Below are positions 33,743 to 38,649 of a stretch of 38,649 bases of DNA, piece by piece. This DNA comes from Asterionella formosa (lineage: Eukaryota). Each line of letters starts with the position of its first letter. Within the stretch, counting starts at the first letter, position 1. Below the pieces are notes generated by a model that was not told the DNA's origin, made no database searches, and worked only from the letters and a program-made list of their open reading frames with translations. The stretch lies in the NCBI GenBank assembly GCA_002256025.1, contig NKIB01015041.1, forward strand, positions 1 through 38,649, read 5' to 3'. The position numbers and the translations under genes were made by a program.

Positions 33743-33992
33743 CAATGCAACCGGGTTGATTTTTTCTTTGTAGTACAATACTGTATTTTCTCGTGATCAA
33801 GTACGGAAAAATTCCGTCAAGGTATTTTACCATCCGCAGTAGAACGATCCTTGAGGCCTACAGAAAAATACAACTTGGGTTGATTTTTACAAGTACCGGT
33901 AATAATGGGGTATATTATATACAGCCAAAATATCTACTGGTGGTAGTCCATACATTTCTAAAGTACGTACCCTGGTACGTTCATTTAAATAT

Positions 33993-34052
33993 CTGGGAGT
34001 TGCGGTAAAAAACTCTTTTTAAAACATAGATAAATTTCTCAATTACCGCAAG
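33993..34052. mobile_element. Shorter, diverged relative of the 95-bp MITE
   Basis: ctgggagttgcggtaa...ttaccgcaag retains the ttgcggt/accgcaa inverted core. Confidence 0.4.
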
Positions 34053-34697
34053 TAGTCATGGGATGATAAGCAAACAGAACCCAACGAACAACGGACCCGA
34101 ATGAATCCCTCCGGATGTTCCTGGAAGGTTGCTCCCAGGTTCGTATACCGGTACACGACTGCCATGTATAATTCCCATACCTGGTACCTGGTACCTGATG
34201 TTTCAATTCGCACGTAACTGTACAACGCAGTGCAATATCATATTATACCATGGCTTCAACCAAAAAAGAACAAATCTGATACCACTACCGGTACCGCTAT
34301 AAAATAATTTTGCAAGAGCGACCTTTTGATGTCCAACATCAATGTACCTTGTACCATCCTCACATACGAAGGATCATTCAAAGCAATGATTCCATGTTGC
34401 ACTTTGACTGTGATGTACTCCTACTCCTGTGGTAGATCAGAACAAACTGTAAGTACCGGTAGTAGTTTGGCTATCCTGGTACGATGCATTTACTGGTACC
34501 AGGGACCAGGTAACTGGTAACAACATTTGCTGTTGTGTTACTATAGTACGGTACCTGGTAGTGTATGTTGACAGATAGGATTCTTCGTTCCTTTTATTCA
34601 TGAATCGTAGCTACAATATTTTTATTCATAGTTAAGCAAAATACTTTTCTCTCGTGAGATTATTGTTGGAGTAAAATCATTGTTCACAACTTTCAAA

Positions 34698-35804
34698 ATG
34701 ACTATTATGAGTTGCAATAACCCATATGCTGGTGGTGGGCCCATTGCTACTACTACTTCTGCTGCTACTAATTCGTTGCTGTTGTCGTCGTCGAAACAAC
34801 AACGACGCCACATGCTCGCATTTCCTCTTGTTGCCCTTGTGGTTGTTCTTTCGTCACTATTGTTCTACTTGTGGGACCAGTCTTCCAGCTGCCATGACGC
34901 CTTGCTGGTTGCTCACATTAAGGACACTACCAGACGCACAAATGACAATATCAAAGTTTCTGTCATTCAAGAACTCTTTGCTGCTGTATCTGCCGAACGA
35001 CTCAAGTCCATCTCAGACAAGTACAAGCAAGAGTACAGCATGGCTAGTCCCTTCCCACACATTGCCATTGATGGCATTTTCCCAGAAGCCATCCTTCAAG
35101 AAGTTATGAAGGAGAACCCAGAATCACAAGTATTTAGTGGATGTTTGCACAATGCCAAAAAGACATGCTACGAAAACATTCATCAGAACAAAAAGTCGTA
35201 CATTGAACATGAAGACCTAATGGGAGTCTACACCAGAATTCTATTTGGGGTTATGAAATCATCTCCATACCTTACTTTTTTGGAAGATATTTCTGGCATT
35301 GAAGGGATCATTCCAGACCCTCACTACTTGGGATCTGGGATTCATGTCACTGCTCCCGGGGGGTCACTCGAAATTCATTCTGACTTTAACAAACACAAAC
35401 CAAAGTATGCACTCGATCGACGTGTCAATTCGTTCATTTATTTGAATGACAACTGGAACGAAGAGTATGGTGGACATTTAGAATTATGGTCCAAGGATTT
35501 GACCCAATGCGTCCAACGAATTTTACCAACCATGGGACGTGTGGTCATTTTTAGTACTACTGACTTTTCCTATCATGGACATCCACAACCACTGGTCGCC
35601 CCAGCCGGACGTGCCCGACGATCCATGGCCTTGTACTATTATACCAATGGTAGACCTTCGCATGAATGCTATGAAAATGATTGTGCTGGGACTGGTCGTA
35701 CTACCTTTTGGAAACATCCTGTGGGATGTACCAAATGTGAACAAGATCAATGCCGTGCCTATGATGATTCACATCCTAGTTGGGTGACTGTGGAATCAAT
35801 CTAA
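34698..35804 (+). CDS. 2OG-Fe(II) oxygenase (prolyl-hydroxylase-like) with N-terminal signal anchor
   Basis: PFPHIAIDGIF, IPDPHYLGSGIH, HxD in EIHSDFNKH, RRVNSFIYLN, YGGHLELW, distal His in SYHGHP, and 2OG-binding R-x-S in RRSMALYYY. TM LAFPLVALVVVLSSLLFYLW. First ATG at 34698. Confidence 0.85.
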   Translation: MTIMSCNNPYAGGGPIATTTSAATNSLLLSSSKQQRRHMLAFPLVALVVVLSSLLFYLWDQSSSCHDALLVAHIKDTTRRTNDNIKVSVIQELFAAVSAERLKSISDKYKQEYSMASPFPHIAIDGIFPEAILQEVMKENPESQVFSGCLHNAKKTCYENIHQNKKSYIEHEDLMGVYTRILFGVMKSSPYLTFLEDISGIEGIIPDPHYLGSGIHVTAPGGSLEIHSDFNKHKPKYALDRRVNSFIYLNDNWNEEYGGHLELWSKDLTQCVQRILPTMGRVVIFSTTDFSYHGHPQPLVAPAGRARRSMALYYYTNGRPSHECYENDCAGTGRTTFWKHPVGCTKCEQDQCRAYDDSHPSWVTVESI

Positions 35805-36507
35805 ATGAGTTATGTTAGTATGCGAATATTTGGGGGGGTTTTAGTGAAAAAAATATCTAGCGAGATTGTGAGGTAAAAATAGTATGGTGACATTTTGAAA
35901 AAAGTTAAGAAATCGAAAAATTAATGTTACTTCAGCAATACTCCTAACAGTAGTAAAGGCTTATTTATCATGATCAGTGGCCTGTTCTCTGGTAAATCAT
36001 TTATTAGTTCAATATTTCTATTGATACCATTTCGAGGATTTTTGCAAGGACGATTGCATGTCCTACATTTACTGTCTTTGGACTACAATGTACATTGTCC
36101 AAGGAGGATCGTTAGACCACGTTGGAGAAAGAAAATAGATGGATATAATTAGATGCTACAAGAAATTGTTGGAGTAATTACTCTAGTTGCTAGACTTGAG
36201 ACTTGGGTAACTGGATGATATGTAGATATGTACAAGTATATCGGAAATGGACCAATTCGTTACAGTACGAGAGCTCGTTCAGCTCTGGTGACAGCATCGC
36301 AAAGGCTCCACATGAATTTCTGGTCGACACGAACTCCTTCTTTCATTTTGTAATTGACTAGACAGTAGAAGTGGAAAGTTACCAAAAGATCGATTACACA
36401 AATTGAAATCATTTGACATACATTAAAGTCAATGGTTGGAAGTTAAACTCCACAATTGTTTCCTAACGAATCCTGGACGGCAAAAGCAATGAGATTACCG
36501 ATCGGGA

Positions 36508-37245
36508 TCAGAACAGTCTATCAAACATAATCTGCCAGCATGATGTTTGATCGGCTGTGGGATGGTAATTCTTCGGTTTTGATCGTTTTGTGGCCACAGC
36601 TAGTGCCAGATGCAAAGCAAGGTCTCCACTGCTTGCAAGACTTAAATGAATCCTTCGTTTGTCCTTAATTACGTCTTCGTCAGCTTCCCACCAACCAACG
36701 ACTTTATTCTTTCCTTCTCTGGATTCATAACTAGGCCATTTGCCCTTGATTCGCAAGTGGACTGGACCACACTTATCTGCGGACACATACTGTTCCACTA
36801 TACTTACGTTCCTTGATTTCCCCCCGTGCAAAGAGATGTGCACCCATTTGAATAATTCTAGCCCTCCTTCTTTTTGCAAGCATTCTTGTCCCTCAAAGGC
36901 AGGGACTCTGTACCGATAGATTTCCCATTCGTCAAAGTCAACTATCGGTGTCATGGTTGCCCTCAACAATGGTTTCCCCTCTTTCAACACAACAAAATCT
37001 TTGTTTGTACCAAAGGCATTCGATTTGTAGATGACAGAATAGCCTGTCGTCTGCTGATTCCACCCGCCACCAGTAGTAATGTACCACGGGGAGTTAGTCC
37101 CAGCCTGTTTCTCCATAATGTAAGAGATATGTCCATGAGAGGATGATTGTGTTTCTTCATCTTTTGAACACGTCGCGAATGCACCATTTACCAAACCATT
37201 CAATCCCTCGCCACAATTTCCCGTTTTAGAAGGATGACACCCCAT
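36508..37245 (-). CDS. Hypothetical protein (245 aa), possibly N-acylated; weak resemblance to Tubby-C/LURP-like fold
   Basis: Uninterrupted ORF starting MGCHPSK, with beta-strand-like segments and a C-terminal hydrophobic helix DLALHLALAVA. The fold guess is weak. Confidence 0.6.
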   Translation of the reverse strand: MGCHPSKTGNCGEGLNGLVNGAFATCSKDEETQSSSHGHISYIMEKQAGTNSPWYITTGGGWNQQTTGYSVIYKSNAFGTNKDFVVLKEGKPLLRATMTPIVDFDEWEIYRYRVPAFEGQECLQKEGGLELFKWVHISLHGGKSRNVSIVEQYVSADKCGPVHLRIKGKWPSYESREGKNKVVGWWEADEDVIKDKRRIHLSLASSGDLALHLALAVATKRSKPKNYHPTADQTSCWQIMFDRLF

Positions 37246-38649
37246 GGTGATGATTTTGCTTTTTAGGTAAATGGGTATTTTGTAGAACGAAAACAGGCAT
37301 CAGCGAGCTGGACATTCCAATAGATAAATTTCATTTTGTCTGAAGTACACGACAATTGGTCGCCAAAAATGGCGAGAACATGAAATTTTTGGCCACCACT
37401 TCTTTAAAATTTCGCCCAAAAAACACCTTTCATTATTCTCCTCAAAACGAAATCCAAATTGGAGACCATCCGCGAGTAGTTCTACCATTCGATATTAACC
37501 TGTGAGTATGGAACATATTGTTACAATGTTCATGAGAACAAGGAATTTCCTTCACTCTAATGTTTCTGAATCAATTGAACTTGGGCGAATAGTCGAGTCC
37601 TGCAAGGATTTGTTACGCTTTGCGCCAGCCTCCTTGTCCCATCTTCCCATGTATATATATATTCATACATATATGTATTTTATACACCGATAGACATGGC
37701 AAACATGTTAACTTACATTCCTCTTATTTCTTGTTCTTCTTCTAGTATAAAGAGAATGTACCGGTATTCACATGATAAATCGATGATCATCTTTGAAGGA
37801 ATTGATCATAGATATCAAATATATTTTATATACAAATTTATCATACCTGGTATGTATGGAATCATTTACCGGTAGTTGGTAGATGCTACGTATCTGTTGC
37901 TCTCACGCAGTAAAATTTGCTAGAAAAAATGTTTCTACACAATTTGTTTGTTTTACTTTGTTTGCTAATAATTGTTTTTATAAAAGAGTGAGCTTAATGT
38001 AAATGTAAATTTGAATGTATGATTTTGAAACTTCCAAGCTCATGCATGTTTCAAAATAGAGGTGATCTTCGGAGGCGAGGTTCATTTGTGTTCCCAACTT
38101 GAACTGAGAATAAACTACATCCTCTTCCTAAATACACATTTGTCTTAATCTTGGCCTGTCTCAACTTAGGCCAGATGCTGTTTGATCGAAGACTGCTTAC
38201 AGAATGATCCTGTTAATCATAACTAGATCATATCTAGTTTGCTTCTTTAATGTTCCTTGATGTTACGGACATATCTGTAATTGTCTAGTCAATCATTTAT
38301 TGATTTGGCATCTAAGCCGCGTATTACGTGAAGTGACCATCACATAAATAAGCCTAGTTGATTTTGAATGCATCACATGAATTAGTTGAATACATCAAAA
38401 TACGTAGTTGAATATATCTATATATTATCTGAATACATCACGTTAAATATTTGATCAAAGTATCATGCATGCATTCCTGATCATCACTATATTATTGTTT
38501 CATAGATACGAAATTAGTTATCATTTACTAACAGCTAGGTAAATGTGTTACGGTTAGATCTCTTCCATTTCTCCTTCAAACTGCATCATATTTCTCCGAA
38601 CACTACTACCCGTAGTAAGGTAATGTTCATAAGGTAGATGAACATTTTC

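Noticed and set aside
37500..38649. AT-rich terminal region
   Set aside because: No supported ORF, RNA gene or repeat structure was visible.

Overview
Eukaryotic nuclear DNA, very probably from a diatom. The evidence is short GT-AG introns, an SQD1 gene with a bipartite plastid presequence (signal peptide followed by ASG-FVIP), and diatom-type protein and transposon families. About 12 protein-coding genes are supported: a secreted Cys-repeat/GH16-like protein, a METTL21-type methyltransferase, a DUF1769 protein, two paralogous membrane proteins ending in ...W(K/G)GD(L/F)EKFDV, a chitin-binding LPMO, an amino-acid transporter, a YbjQ-like protein, SQD1, a cyclophilin-like protein, a 2OG-Fe(II) oxygenase and a hypothetical protein. 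Between them lie CpG-poor transposon relics (piggyBac-like, RNase H-bearing LINE, solo LTR, MITEs) and GGTACC/TACCGGTA-rich intergenic DNA. Notable items the ORF track does not show or explain: a 216-codon ORF running off the left edge (possible tyrosine recombinase), a third chitin-binding domain in frame behind the LPMO stop codon, an intron-containing LPMO fragment about 7.3 kb away, a solo LTR with a 6-bp target duplication inside a palindrome, and the EKFDV paralogue pair (candidate silicalemma-associated proteins). Family assignments come from motif recognition by eye, with no database search.
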